From positions 1 to 46,437 of IMG/VR virus record IMGVR_UViG_3300032225_001531: DNA of 46,437 nt. One strand, given 5' to 3'. The position numbers and the translations under genes are program-made. The stretch is from a virus. Its lineage: Duplodnaviria; Caudoviricetes. A model generated the notes under the pieces. That model was given only the letters and a program-made list of their open reading frames with translations, had not been told where the DNA came from and did not search any database. The first letter of the stretch is position 1, and every line of letters starts with the position of its first letter. Shown in pieces: positions 25,613 through 35,167 of this stretch.

Positions 25613-26405
25613 TTATTTGGGGAAACTTGGAAGACTTGGAAATCAAATGTTTCAATATGCCTCATTGCGAGGAATTGCTAGTCGTCGTGGTCTAGATTTT
25701 TGCATTCCAAATCATAATCAAATAGTCGAAGATCCTTATGGATTTGATATGAAGATTGAACTCTTCTATCCATTTAAGATGAATAATGTGACTTCTCGCA
25801 ATATCAAACTTCTTGATCGTGGATATGCTCCAGTAGCAGAAGAAAAGCATTTTCACTTTGACGAACTTCTTTTTAATATGTGTCCTGATGAAATTAGTCT
25901 TGCAGGATATTTTCAATCCGAAAAATATTTCAAGCATATTGAAGATGATATTCGTGCAGACTTTTCATTTAAAGGTGAGATTCTAGAACCTTGTAAAGAA
26001 ATGATTGGTTCGGTTGATGATGCAATTTCACTCCATGTCCGTAGAACTGATTATCTAACCAATCCAAATCATACCGCACTTGGTTTGGATTATTATGAGG
26101 AAGCACTCAAACAATTTAAAGATACCTCTCAAGTTCTTGTATTCTCTGATGATCCTGAATGGTGTAAAGAACAGGAACTATTTTCTGGTGACCGTTTTAT
26201 GATTTCTGAATCTGGAGATCAATATGTCGATTTGTGTTTGATGAGTCTTTGTAATCAGCACGTCATTGCCAATTCCTCATTCTCTTGGTGGGGTGCTTGG
26301 TTATCTGGTTCTGATGATGTCGTGGCACCTGTAAAATGGTTTGGTAAAGATAATCAAGATAAAGATACTAAAGATCTAATTCCTGAACGTTGGGTGAGAA
26401 TCTAA
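25599..26405 (+). CDS. GT11 alpha-1,2-fucosyltransferase-like (paralog)
   Basis: GRLGNQMFQYA, GYFQSEKYF, HVRRTDY, ANSSFSWWGAWL. Confidence 0.92.
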   Translation: MLAFNYLGKLGRLGNQMFQYASLRGIASRRGLDFCIPNHNQIVEDPYGFDMKIELFYPFKMNNVTSRNIKLLDRGYAPVAEEKHFHFDELLFNMCPDEISLAGYFQSEKYFKHIEDDIRADFSFKGEILEPCKEMIGSVDDAISLHVRRTDYLTNPNHTALGLDYYEEALKQFKDTSQVLVFSDDPEWCKEQELFSGDRFMISESGDQYVDLCLMSLCNQHVIANSSFSWWGAWLSGSDDVVAPVKWFGKDNQDKDTKDLIPERWVRI

Positions 26406-27199
26406 TGGACAAAAACAAAGCAATCTATAAACTCAAAGGTCTTCCTCCCATCTATTATATCAATCTGGATGAACAACCAGAAAGAGCAGAATATATGGAG
26501 AATCAATTTAAGTATTGGGAAATTGAAGATTATACTAGAATCTCTGCCTATGATGGAAGAGACGGTAGAGACCTCGGAGACATTCTTAAAGGACGTTATC
26601 CTGATATGATGTCTTCTGGTGAGGTAGGTTGTGTAACATCGCACCTGAGGGCACTGAGGAACTTCTTAGAGACTTCTGATGCACCCTGTGCTCTTATTAT
26701 GGAAGATGATTGTGATATCTCTACAGTATCGCACTGGCCTTTTAAATGGAAGGATTTCTTCTGTAAAGTCCCTTATGATTATGATGTAGTTCAACTTGCA
26801 ATTATCAATCCTGCACAAGTTCATATAAGAATGCATCGTCGGTTTGTGAATGACTTCTCAACGGCTTGCTATTTAATTACAAGGCATCATGCACAAAAAC
26901 TTATGGATCTTCATGTGCGTGGTGATAAGTATAAGTTGGATAATGGAGTTAAACCCCGCGCCGTTGCCGATGATCTGATTTATAATTCTGGTAATACTTT
27001 TGCAATTCCTCTATTCCTTTATAAGATTGAATTGGGATCTTCTATTCATAATGAGCATGTAGATGTGTTTCACAAATCGAGTTATGAAGGACTTTGGAAT
27101 TTCTGGAAAGTCGATGCAACGAATATAAGTGACTGGAATCCTATATTTGATTATGATCCTTACTTTGGCACATTACCCCCAGGATGGGAAGGCAAGTAG
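26405..27199 (+). CDS. GT25 LPS-type glycosyltransferase
   Basis: YYINLD...R, GEVGCVTSH, LIMEDD. Confidence 0.85.
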   Translation: MDKNKAIYKLKGLPPIYYINLDEQPERAEYMENQFKYWEIEDYTRISAYDGRDGRDLGDILKGRYPDMMSSGEVGCVTSHLRALRNFLETSDAPCALIMEDDCDISTVSHWPFKWKDFFCKVPYDYDVVQLAIINPAQVHIRMHRRFVNDFSTACYLITRHHAQKLMDLHVRGDKYKLDNGVKPRAVADDLIYNSGNTFAIPLFLYKIELGSSIHNEHVDVFHKSSYEGLWNFWKVDATNISDWNPIFDYDPYFGTLPPGWEGK

Positions 27200-27257
27200 G
27201 GGTTGACAAGTTCTTCCGGTTCATGTATACTGCTACAGTTCTTAACAAAAAAAAAAA

Positions 27258-27467
27258 ATGACTGTTACAACCAATGAGCACGGGCAACAAAACCTGTTCG
27301 CAAAGGAACCTGAAATGTATGTCTCGCAGATCGATGCCGAGCGTCATGCAGTTGAGACTTATGCAGAGAGAGCAGAAAAATTGAACGGACAAGCGGCTAT
27401 GATTGGATTCGTAGCGGCAGTGATTTCTTATGTGACCACAGGGCATCTATTCTTTGGTGTATGGTAA
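27258..27467 (+). CDS. hli: High-light-inducible protein
   Basis: AERAEKLNGQAAMIGFVAA chlorophyll-binding motif; QQNLFAKEP N-terminus; TTGACA-17-TATACT promoter at 27204. Confidence 0.9.
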   Translation: MTVTTNEHGQQNLFAKEPEMYVSQIDAERHAVETYAERAEKLNGQAAMIGFVAAVISYVTTGHLFFGVW

Positions 27468-27582
27468 TGTTTTGGCCTTATATCGTTTTTAATAACGAAG
27501 ATGAAAAGATTCCAAAGGGATACTTTAAAGACGGAAATAGACTAATAAAAATTCATAATTATTATGCACAGGAGGATAGGCC

Positions 27583-27775
27583 AATGACTAAAAAACTTAA
27601 AACTCTTGAAGAGCACAATAAAATCGCAACACAAATCAATGAAACAAGTGGAAACGGCATTGCCTGCCCTAACTGCGGAAGTGAATTGTTTGATACTGGA
27701 ATAGCATTAACCTCAAATCCTCCCCAATATTTAACATTCTGTAGAGAATGTAATTATAAAGGCTCAAGGTGGTGA
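27583..27775 (+). CDS. Small zinc-ribbon protein (start uncertain)
   Basis: CPNCGS...CRECNY; AGGAGG upstream of ATG 27583. Confidence 0.6.
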
Positions 27776-27866
27776 GAAATGGTTTAGGACACTTCAACGA
27801 CTGGCACAAGGACCTTGACAAAGGTGGAGATGTCGTGTAGTATAATGTCAAATCGCACATACCTTA

Positions 27867-28198
27867 TGGAAAAAACTGAACAACATTCAATTACTCCGTC
27901 ACCTGAATTGGTGAGGAAATGGTATGGTCAAATTTCATCTTACGATGTACCAGTTGATTATATCGCCACTCAAGCTGCCCAATGGGGGGCAGACCAGGAG
28001 TTGGAGGCGTGTGTACAGGTTATGAACTACCGTGGGCAACCTGATTCCGCTAAAGCACTTTTCAGAGCCCGCCGACCCAAACCACCCTCGCTGAAGGAGC
28101 AGGCACTGGATCAATTACGGGCTTTGGATCAGTATGGTGCCCTTGACTGCAACACCGATAAGATTCGCCGCGCACTGGAGGCACTCCCCAATGACTGA
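27867..28198 (+). CDS. Hypothetical protein, temperate-cyanophage-like
   Basis: ATQAAQWGADQELEAC...RPKPPSLKEQAL; higher GC. Confidence 0.6.
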
Positions 28199-28397
28199 CC
28201 GTTATAACTTCTCTACTTTACTTGATATTTTGTCTGTTGTGGGTGGAACTTATTTGCTTGCTAACCTGAAGATGGGTGGAGTAATCAACTTGCCTTGGTT
28301 GGTTATCTTCACTCCAGCATTGGTTTGCCTTTCGTTATCTTTGATTGTATTTCTCTTATTTCTTTACGTCGTTCAAAAACCCTTCCCATTTACGTAG
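28191..28397 (+). CDS. Small two-helix membrane protein
   Basis: LKMGGVINLPWLVIFTP; hydrophobic. Confidence 0.55.
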   Translation: MTDRYNFSTLLDILSVVGGTYLLANLKMGGVINLPWLVIFTPALVCLSLSLIVFLLFLYVVQKPFPFT

Positions 28398-28404
28398 AAC
28401 TCTT

Positions 28405-28668
28405 ATGGAAACCTCACAATCTAAATCACTGAGTCCCGCCGCGCAGGCGGTGATGGATGCCGCATCCCTCCGCGCCGCTGTTGGTCAGGCACATCCAAAA
28501 ATCCACATCGAGGACATCAATTACGTGCATCAAAACTATGTTGATGGGTGGAAAGATGCTCTTGATGTTATTCTCACCATCGCTGACGAACTCGAAGGGT
28601 CGGTGACTTATAATCCACCTGAAGATGGCAAAATGGAAGAAACTCAATGGACAATGTTAATGAACTGA
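28405..28668 (+). CDS. Hypothetical protein
   Basis: LSPAAQAVMDA...IADELEG. Confidence 0.55.
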   Translation: METSQSKSLSPAAQAVMDAASLRAAVGQAHPKIHIEDINYVHQNYVDGWKDALDVILTIADELEGSVTYNPPEDGKMEETQWTMLMN

Positions 28669-28838
28669 TGAATACGGAAGAAGAGTTTTTTGATAGTCTT
28701 ATTGAATACATTGATGCTGCTATTGATGCCAAACAAAAAGATAATGATATCTATTTGGGGGCAAGACTAATAGATTCAAAACAGCACTTAAAAAAATCAT
28801 TGACAAAATTTACTGAAACTTTATTTCGCGTACGCTAA
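28647..28838 (+). CDS. Hypothetical protein
   Basis: 63-aa ORF. Confidence 0.5.
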   Translation: MDNVNELMNTEEEFFDSLIEYIDAAIDAKQKDNDIYLGARLIDSKQHLKKSLTKFTETLFRVR

Positions 28839-28843
28839 AAATT

Positions 28844-29074
28844 ATGAAACTTTTTGACTTTGAAAAACGCGATGATTATGGAACTGATTATTATTTCAGT
28901 TTTCTAAAGACCCCAAAACATACTTTCCTACAAGTATCTTTGAGTATATGTTATACTCCTTCTTGGCCTTATTTGCAGATTACAATGGGAGAGAATAAGT
29001 TGTTTGGGGTCTTTTGCTACTTCTGGCGCATTGGTTTTGATGTTGATATAATTTCAAAAACTTGGAGAGTTTGA
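28844..29074 (+). CDS. Hypothetical protein
   Basis: 76-aa ORF. Confidence 0.6.
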   Translation: MKLFDFEKRDDYGTDYYFSFLKTPKHTFLQVSLSICYTPSWPYLQITMGENKLFGVFCYFWRIGFDVDIISKTWRV

Positions 29075-29257
29075 TATGAAGATTGAAATTTTACAAGATT
29101 GTATAACTGGAATTTATAGTTGGACTTTATGTGATGGTCCTGACGGAATTGATGAGTTTTATGGAACCGGGAATATTCTGGGTGAAGTCTTTGAACAAAT
29201 TATTGCTCGTCGGACTATGATTGGTTTAGAGTATTCTAAAGATTGAGGAATTTTATT

Positions 29258-29518
29258 ATGACAATCTACTGTGTATATTTTCATTATCCTAATGAAGCAG
29301 ATGATGTTTGTGGTTATTTTGATGATTATAACGTAGCAAAAGAACAGATGAATTTATTGCGAGAGTCTTTTGCTCTTAAAGAGAAAATTACTGGTTGTGA
29401 AATACCTTCTTATATTGACATTGAAGAATACAAATTGAATGATACTTCAACTATAAATTCATATATTGAAAATCATAAATCGGCAATTGAGTGGTATAAG
29501 AAGAGGGATGGGTTATGA
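29258..29518 (+). CDS. Hypothetical protein
   Basis: ATG 29258 after GAGGA. Confidence 0.6.
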   Translation: MTIYCVYFHYPNEADDVCGYFDDYNVAKEQMNLLRESFALKEKITGCEIPSYIDIEEYKLNDTSTINSYIENHKSAIEWYKKRDGL

Positions 29519-29772
29519 CAAACGAAATTAAAAAACAAATGACTATTACACAAGAATCAATTGATGAGTTAATTGAAGAATACGTTTCCGATAAATTGTA
29601 TGATTATTGGGATATAGCGGCAAAAATTATCAATGACATTTATCCTAGGGAAAATTGTTATGATGATGCTGAATTTTATTTCCACGTTCACGCCATATGG
29701 GGTATGATGGATAATTATGCAATCCGCAGGGACACTCCCCCAACTGGCACAGACCCCTTGACAGAATCGTGA
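29515..29772 (+). CDS. Hypothetical protein
   Basis: ATGA-coupled, 85 aa. Confidence 0.6.
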   Translation: MTNEIKKQMTITQESIDELIEEYVSDKLYDYWDIAAKIINDIYPRENCYDDAEFYFHVHAIWGMMDNYAIRRDTPPTGTDPLTES

Positions 29773-29815
29773 ACTAATGTTACTATATAAATAAGATACA
29801 TATGAAATTTATAAA

Positions 29816-30976
29816 ATGTCCCTATCCACCAATACCGTTTATAAAGTTTTTGTAGAAAAACTTGGTGGTGCTAATCCATCTACCTTTGTGGGGGATAAAG
29901 GTGAAGTATTTTATAATCCAAATGATGGTGTTCTAAAAATATCAGATGGTTCTACTCCAACTGGAATAGTTATGAACCCATTAATGCCAGTTGGTTTTTT
30001 TACACCACCAGACAATCACTGGTATGTAAATCCAAATAGAACTGATACATATACTTCAACTGGTTCTGTTGCTGCTCCTTATAAAACTGTTGGTGCAGCA
30101 TTAAGTGCAATTCAAAATGCTCTACAAACTGGAATTGTATCTTTTACTGATAATGGAGATAGTATTGCAAATCCACAATTTATTATTCTTCAAAGTTCTA
30201 CAACAGAGAATATAGGACTTACAACAGGACACATTTATATTCAAGGAGATACTACAAGTGGTTCTCAAATGCCCATATGGATTTATGGAACAGTCACTAT
30301 CAATCCAACAGGAGGAACTTTATATCAAAACCGATTTGGACTTTCTAATCTTGGTATTGTAAATACTGGAAGTAATCCTGGTATTGGGACAACGCACTCA
30401 TTAAAAGTTACTGGTTCGGCACCTCTTCGTTGTTATCTAAATGATTGTAATATCATTGCAGGTTCTACAGGAAATCAGGCAATTTTTATGGATAATAGTG
30501 GAACTGGAACTCAATTATATGCAGAAATTCAACAATTATCCAGAGCAGGTACAGCAGGAACTGATTATATTGCAAAAGTCAGTAAAGGATATGCATTTTT
30601 TAGTAACTGCTCAACTGGTGGTTCAACTGCTACATTTAATGTAAGTGGAACAGGAACTCTACAAATCCAGTATAGTAAGATTGAAAGTGCTGGAGAAGCA
30701 TGTGTAAAAGTTGATGGTGGAACTTGTATAGTTACTAGCACATCTCTAACAAATACTGTAGGACATGGAGTATCAATGACTGCTGGTACTCTTGTAACAA
30801 TCAATAATTACTTTGATATACCTTTATCTCCTGCCAGCAACAGAGCAATTGCTGGTGTCTCTGGAGTTACTGTTCTTCATTCCAATACAGCAGTTGCTTT
30901 TGGAAAAAATGCAAAGTATAGCACTGCAATTGGTGCTGGATATGTTGGATTAGTGACTGGATTAACTGCAATATAA
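29816..30976 (+). CDS. Gly/Thr/Ser-rich probable virion or fibre protein with beta-helix-like region
   Basis: FVGDKGEVFY...LKISDGSTPTG N-terminus; GSxxxPYKT motif; late promoter 29786. Confidence 0.6.
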   Translation: MSLSTNTVYKVFVEKLGGANPSTFVGDKGEVFYNPNDGVLKISDGSTPTGIVMNPLMPVGFFTPPDNHWYVNPNRTDTYTSTGSVAAPYKTVGAALSAIQNALQTGIVSFTDNGDSIANPQFIILQSSTTENIGLTTGHIYIQGDTTSGSQMPIWIYGTVTINPTGGTLYQNRFGLSNLGIVNTGSNPGIGTTHSLKVTGSAPLRCYLNDCNIIAGSTGNQAIFMDNSGTGTQLYAEIQQLSRAGTAGTDYIAKVSKGYAFFSNCSTGGSTATFNVSGTGTLQIQYSKIESAGEACVKVDGGTCIVTSTSLTNTVGHGVSMTAGTLVTINNYFDIPLSPASNRAIAGVSGVTVLHSNTAVAFGKNAKYSTAIGAGYVGLVTGLTAI

Positions 30977-31080
30977 TTTATCTGTCTTGGGTGCTGCAAC
31001 AAATAGATGTTAAGAAATACTAACATAAACTTCATTACAACTCCAAACCTACCTAAATAATAGTAGGTTAGGAGTTTTTT

Positions 31081-31566
31081 ATGTGCTCTGCTATTGTTCT
31101 TTCTACTGATAAGTATAACTATCGTAAAGTTGCTCAACAGCACTACAAACTTACTGACGAACAAATGAAGGATATTGATATTCACCACAATCCACCAAGA
31201 TGTGAAGGTGGTAGAAATATTCCAGAGCATCTTTACATTTATCATCCAGCAACTCATAAACTCATTCACGATAAGCAAGCAATCAACTGGGCAAAGAAAA
31301 GCAAAGGAAACTCAACTGAAAAAAGAGGAAAACCTCCAAAGAAAACTGAACCTACACAACAAGAACTTGCTATTCTTAAATATCGTCAATCGGGACTATC
31401 AAGAAAAGAAGTTGCCGATTTACTTGGACTAAAAGAACATCAAGTCAAAAGGTCTATTTGTGAATGCTCAAAGTTTGGTTATGAACTTCATCTCAAATCT
31501 GGACCAAAAAAGGGATGTGAGCAAAGAGGTGGAAACATAAGAGGAAGTAATCAACACACCACTTGA
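31081..31566 (+). CDS. Free-standing HNH-type endonuclease with HTH domain
   Basis: DIHHNPPRCEGGRNIPEHL...H...H; GLSRKEVADLLG. Confidence 0.7.
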   Translation: MCSAIVLSTDKYNYRKVAQQHYKLTDEQMKDIDIHHNPPRCEGGRNIPEHLYIYHPATHKLIHDKQAINWAKKSKGNSTEKRGKPPKKTEPTQQELAILKYRQSGLSRKEVADLLGLKEHQVKRSICECSKFGYELHLKSGPKKGCEQRGGNIRGSNQHTT

Positions 31567-31639
31567 CTTCCCAAAAGAATGGTGTTATGATAAATACATC
31601 AGCAAGTCAGGAAATCCTAACATTGCTAAGGTGCTTACC

Positions 31640-31746
31640 GAGACTTTGCACAATAAATACGTCTCTCATATCCATACTGGAGGGTGGTATGGAGTATAAT
31701 GTAATTGTTCAATTCCCCTTGAATACTACTTACTCTTTAACAAATG
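31640..31746 (+). ncRNA. PhotoRC-II-like cis-regulatory RNA in the psbA leader
   Basis: aatacgtctctcata-tccatact(ggagggt)ggtatgga...ttcaattccccttgaa...ttact; loop-loop aggg/ccct pairing; position directly before psbA. Confidence 0.75.
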
Positions 31747-32154
31747 ACTGCTACAATTGCTACACGCCAATCTGGCGACAATCTCTGGGAACGTTACCTT
31801 AGTTGGGTAACAAGTACAAATAATCGTTTATACGTCGGACATTTTGGAACCATTATGATTCCAACGTTGCTTGCCGCAACGATTTGTTTCATCATCGCAT
31901 TTGTCGGTGCTCCTCCTGTAGACATCGACGGCATTCGTGAACCTGTTTCTGGTTCATTAATGTACGGTAATAACATCATCTCTGGTGCTGTTATTCCAAG
32001 TTCTAATGCTATTGGACTTCACTTCTATCCTATCTGGGAAGCAGCAAGTCTTGATGAATGGCTCTATAATGGTGGACCTTTCCAACTTGTTGTATTTCAC
32101 TTCCTCATTGGCATCTTCTGCTATATGGGTCGTGAATGGGAACTCTCATACCGT
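31744..32154 (+). CDS. psbA: Photosystem II D1 protein, exon 1 (137 codons)
   Basis: [13 protein letters not shown]...[10 protein letters not shown]. Confidence 0.97.
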
Positions 32155-33007
32155 CAAAATTAGGCGGCTCTTGAGAGAAATCTCAAGATAAACTTCGGGT
32201 GAATTGCTGGAAACTATGGACATCTACGACGAATTTATATCTTACCTTCAAACTATTCAACCTAACACCCCTGAATACTACGAGAAGCATCGTATTATTC
32301 CAGGACACGAAGGGGGAATTTATGAAGAGAGTAATATTATTAAATGCACATTTGAAAATCACAAACTTGCTCATTATTATCGTTGGTTATCTAAAGGTAA
32401 TAAAAAAGATTGGTTTGCTTGGAATTTAATGTGCGGATATTCCTCTGGTAAAATTCGTAAAGAGATGGCTTCTTATTACGGGAAACTTGGTGGTCGTAAG
32501 ACCAATCAAATCCATAAAGAACGAGGGACTAATTTTTATAGTTCGGAGTTTGGTAGAAATGCCTCACTCAAACGTTCTAAAGAAGATAAACAAAAATGGA
32601 TGAATGAGTTGAATCAAGTTATCACAAACGAACAACGTTCAAATGCTGGTAAGATTGGTTCTCAAAAAACTCTTCAATTGCAAAGAAATACTAATACAGG
32701 TTTCTTTGACCCCAAATCAACTTTACAAAAACTTGGTAATCTGAAAAGATGGGGTATTAAAATTGATGGAGTTAGAATTCCATTTAAAAATCTATCTTCG
32801 GATTTTATTGATTATCATATCAATAAAGGAACCGATAAGGAGTATTTTAATTCATACAATCAGCAGGTAAGCCAACCACGAACTTGGTTGGAAACTTCAG
32901 AGACTACTGGGTTCAACAAGCGTGTTGAGTAATACCAGATTAGCGCCCGACACCTAAACTCTTATGAGTATGGTGAAGATATAGTCCGCCAAAATTTAAT
33001 TTTGGCG
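32155..33007 (+). mobile_element. Group I self-splicing intron in psbA (853 nt)
   Basis: Exon ends in U, intron ends in G; IGS gcgg pairs ccgU; core gaattgctggaaac / aatcagcagg / tcagagacta / aagatatagtcc; splicing restores SYR-LGMRPW and a 360-aa D1. Confidence 0.93.
32216..32932 (+). CDS. Intron-encoded putative HNH-type homing endonuclease
   Basis: YEKHRIIPGHEGG...SNII...NHKLAH; basic GKxG repeats. Confidence 0.8.
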   Translation: MDIYDEFISYLQTIQPNTPEYYEKHRIIPGHEGGIYEESNIIKCTFENHKLAHYYRWLSKGNKKDWFAWNLMCGYSSGKIRKEMASYYGKLGGRKTNQIHKERGTNFYSSEFGRNASLKRSKEDKQKWMNELNQVITNEQRSNAGKIGSQKTLQLQRNTNTGFFDPKSTLQKLGNLKRWGIKIDGVRIPFKNLSSDFIDYHINKGTDKEYFNSYNQQVSQPRTWLETSETTGFNKRVE

Positions 33008-33679
33008 CTCGGAATGCGTCCCTGGATTATGGTTGCTTACAGCGCACCTGTTGCTGCTGCTACTGCCGTATTCCTAATCTACCCCTTCGGTCAAGGTTCT
33101 TTTAGTGATGCTATGCCTCTTGGTATTAGCGGAACCTTTAATTATATGTTAGTCTTCCAGGCAGAACATAACATCCTTATGCACCCTTTTCATATGTTGG
33201 GTGTGGCGGGCGTTTTCGGAGGAAGTCTTTTCTCAGCGATGCACGGTTCACTAGTCACTAGCAGCCTTGTTCGTGAAACAACCGAAACTGAATCCCAAAA
33301 TTATGGGTACAAATTCGGTCAAGAAGAAGAGACTTATAACATTGTTGCTGCTCATGGTTACTTCGGTCGTCTTATTTTCCAATATGCGTCCTTTAATAAC
33401 TCCCGTTCGCTGCACTTCTTCCTTGCTGCCTGGCCCGTTGTTGGAATTTGGTTTGCTGCTCTTGGTGTTTCTACCATGGCATTCAATTTGAACGGATTTA
33501 ACTACAATGGTTCTATCATGGACAATCAAGAACGTGTAATTCCTACTTGGGCAGACATTCTTAACCGTGCTGGACTTGGTTTTGAAGTTATGCACGAGAG
33601 AAATGCACATAATTTTCCTTTAGACCTTGCTGCTGCCCAAACAACTCAAGTTGCTTTGACTGCACCTTCTATCGGTTGA
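33008..33679 (+). CDS. psbA: Photosystem II D1 protein, exon 2
   Basis: LGMRPW...[10 protein letters not shown]...HPFHMLGV...[13 protein letters not shown]. Confidence 0.97.
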   Translation, partial: LGMRPWIMVAYSAPVAAATAVFLIYPFGQGSFSDAMPLGISGTFNYMLVFQAEHNILMHPFHMLGVAGVFGGSLFSAMHGSLVTSSLVRETTETESQNYGYKFGQEEETYNIVAAHGYFGRLIFQYASFNNSRSLHFFLAAWPVVGIWFAALGVSTMAFNLNGFNYNGSIMDNQERVIPTWADILNRAGLGFEVMHERNAHNFPLDLAAAQTTQVALTAPSIG

Positions 33680-33689
33680 TATAATAAGG

Positions 33690-33714
33690 AGGAACTCTTC
33701 GGAGTTCCTTTTTT
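33690..33714 (+). terminator. Rho-independent terminator after psbA
   Basis: ggaactc-ttcg-gagttcc + T run. Confidence 0.9.
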
Positions 33715-33768
33715 ATTTGCTAAATAGTTGAAGTTATGCTATAATAACTTCAATCAACTAAAAGAACT

Positions 33769-34203
33769 ATGAGAACCTGCAAAATCTGCAACGAAGCAAA
33801 ACCACTCACAGAGTTTTATCAAACTGTAAGAAATGGAGAACCTTATGGTTATCATGGAAAATGCAAATGTTGTTACATTAAAAAACAGCAGAAGAATTAT
33901 GATCCAATTAAACAGAGGGATGAAAATCTAAAATATAGGTATGGAAAAAACTTTGGATTGAATGAATATAATATACTGTTAGAAAAACAGGGACATAAGT
34001 GTGCTATTTGTGGAACTACTGAACCTAAAGGAAGAAAATCTGGAAGAGGTGGTGAAATTGATGTATTTTTTGTAGATCACAATCATGAGACAGGTGAAGT
34101 AAGGGGTTTGCTTTGTAATGTTTGCAACAGAACAATTGGATATGTAAATGAAGATGTGGAACTTATTAAGAATATGATTAAATATGTTAAAAAGCATCAA
34201 TAA
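33769..34203 (+). CDS. Endonuclease VII-family free-standing homing endonuclease (F-CphI-like)
   Basis: CAICG...VDHNHETGEVRGLLCNVCN; directly downstream of psbA. Confidence 0.85.
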   Translation: MRTCKICNEAKPLTEFYQTVRNGEPYGYHGKCKCCYIKKQQKNYDPIKQRDENLKYRYGKNFGLNEYNILLEKQGHKCAICGTTEPKGRKSGRGGEIDVFFVDHNHETGEVRGLLCNVCNRTIGYVNEDVELIKNMIKYVKKHQ

Positions 34204-34319
34204 AAAAATGCTCATAATCCTCACAGTCTTCCAAGTATTCGGATTCTTCCTCTTCATAATGTCTCTCTAGCACAAAACCTATAAGACCCAAATCATAAAT
34301 ACTCAAAAATACCTTTTCT

Positions 34320-35024
34320 ATGTACGACGCAACTTTTATCAGCGACATTCACCTAGGGACTCCAAGATGTAATACTGAAAAGTTTCTAAAATTTCTAAAA
34401 GAACTTAAGACTAAGAAATTAGTTTTAGTTGGTGATGTTATTGATATTCATTGTATGGAAAGATATAACACTCGTTGGACCAAAGAACATACCGAATGCG
34501 TTCATCAAATACTCAACCTTGCAAAGAAAGGAACCGAGATTGTTTATATTCTTGGAAATCACGAAGGTATGCTACGAAGGTATTGTGACTTTGAGCGCAA
34601 GAACTTTAAGATGGTTGATGAGTATGTTCATAAGGACTCAAAGGGAAATAAGTTTCTTTGTATTCACGGAGATAAATATTCGGAGTATTCTTCTGGGTCT
34701 TGGAAGCAACTCATCTTCAATAAAGGTTATGAATTGATTACACCATTAAGTTTATTTCTGGAAAGATTCTTTAGATTTTCTTTAGTATATTTCCTCAAGA
34801 ATACTGTAAGAGGAAAGAATTATATCAATCAATATGAGACTGATATTGCATCCTATTGTATACAAAGAGATGCGAAGTATTCTGGTGTAATTTGTGGGCA
34901 TATTCATCACGGAAACATTAGATACTTTAAAAAACTATTATATATGTGTTGTGGAGATTGGTGTGATACGTGCTCTGCGATTGTGGAGAAAAATGGTATT
35001 TACGCACTTGAAAAATATAAATGA
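34320..35024 (+). CDS. Calcineurin-like metallophosphoesterase (LpxH-like)
   Basis: SDIHLG, GDVID, GNHE, HGD, GHIH. Confidence 0.88.
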   Translation: MYDATFISDIHLGTPRCNTEKFLKFLKELKTKKLVLVGDVIDIHCMERYNTRWTKEHTECVHQILNLAKKGTEIVYILGNHEGMLRRYCDFERKNFKMVDEYVHKDSKGNKFLCIHGDKYSEYSSGSWKQLIFNKGYELITPLSLFLERFFRFSLVYFLKNTVRGKNYINQYETDIASYCIQRDAKYSGVICGHIHHGNIRYFKKLLYMCCGDWCDTCSAIVEKNGIYALEKYK

Positions 35025-35167
35025 TAAGTTTAGAAAAATGCTCCTCATCCTCCTATTCTTCCAGTTATTCGGAGTGTTCCTCTTTATAATGTCTTTAATT
35101 TAAAACATTTCTATTCACATAAAAGTTCTTTGTGATATAATTACTTGGAGTATTAAAAAACTTTTAT

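Noticed and set aside
27247-27258. Poly-A run before hli as a phase-variation switch
   Set aside because: It lies in an A-rich UTR outside both the promoter spacer and the coding frame; it could also be an assembly homopolymer artefact.
31600-31630. CAGCAA upstream of psbA as a tenth element
   Set aside because: Here agcaa pairs with ttgct and the preceding AGATG-type helix is absent.
31744-33679. psbA as a broken pseudogene
   Set aside because: Group I core elements and U/G boundaries restore an in-frame 360-aa D1.
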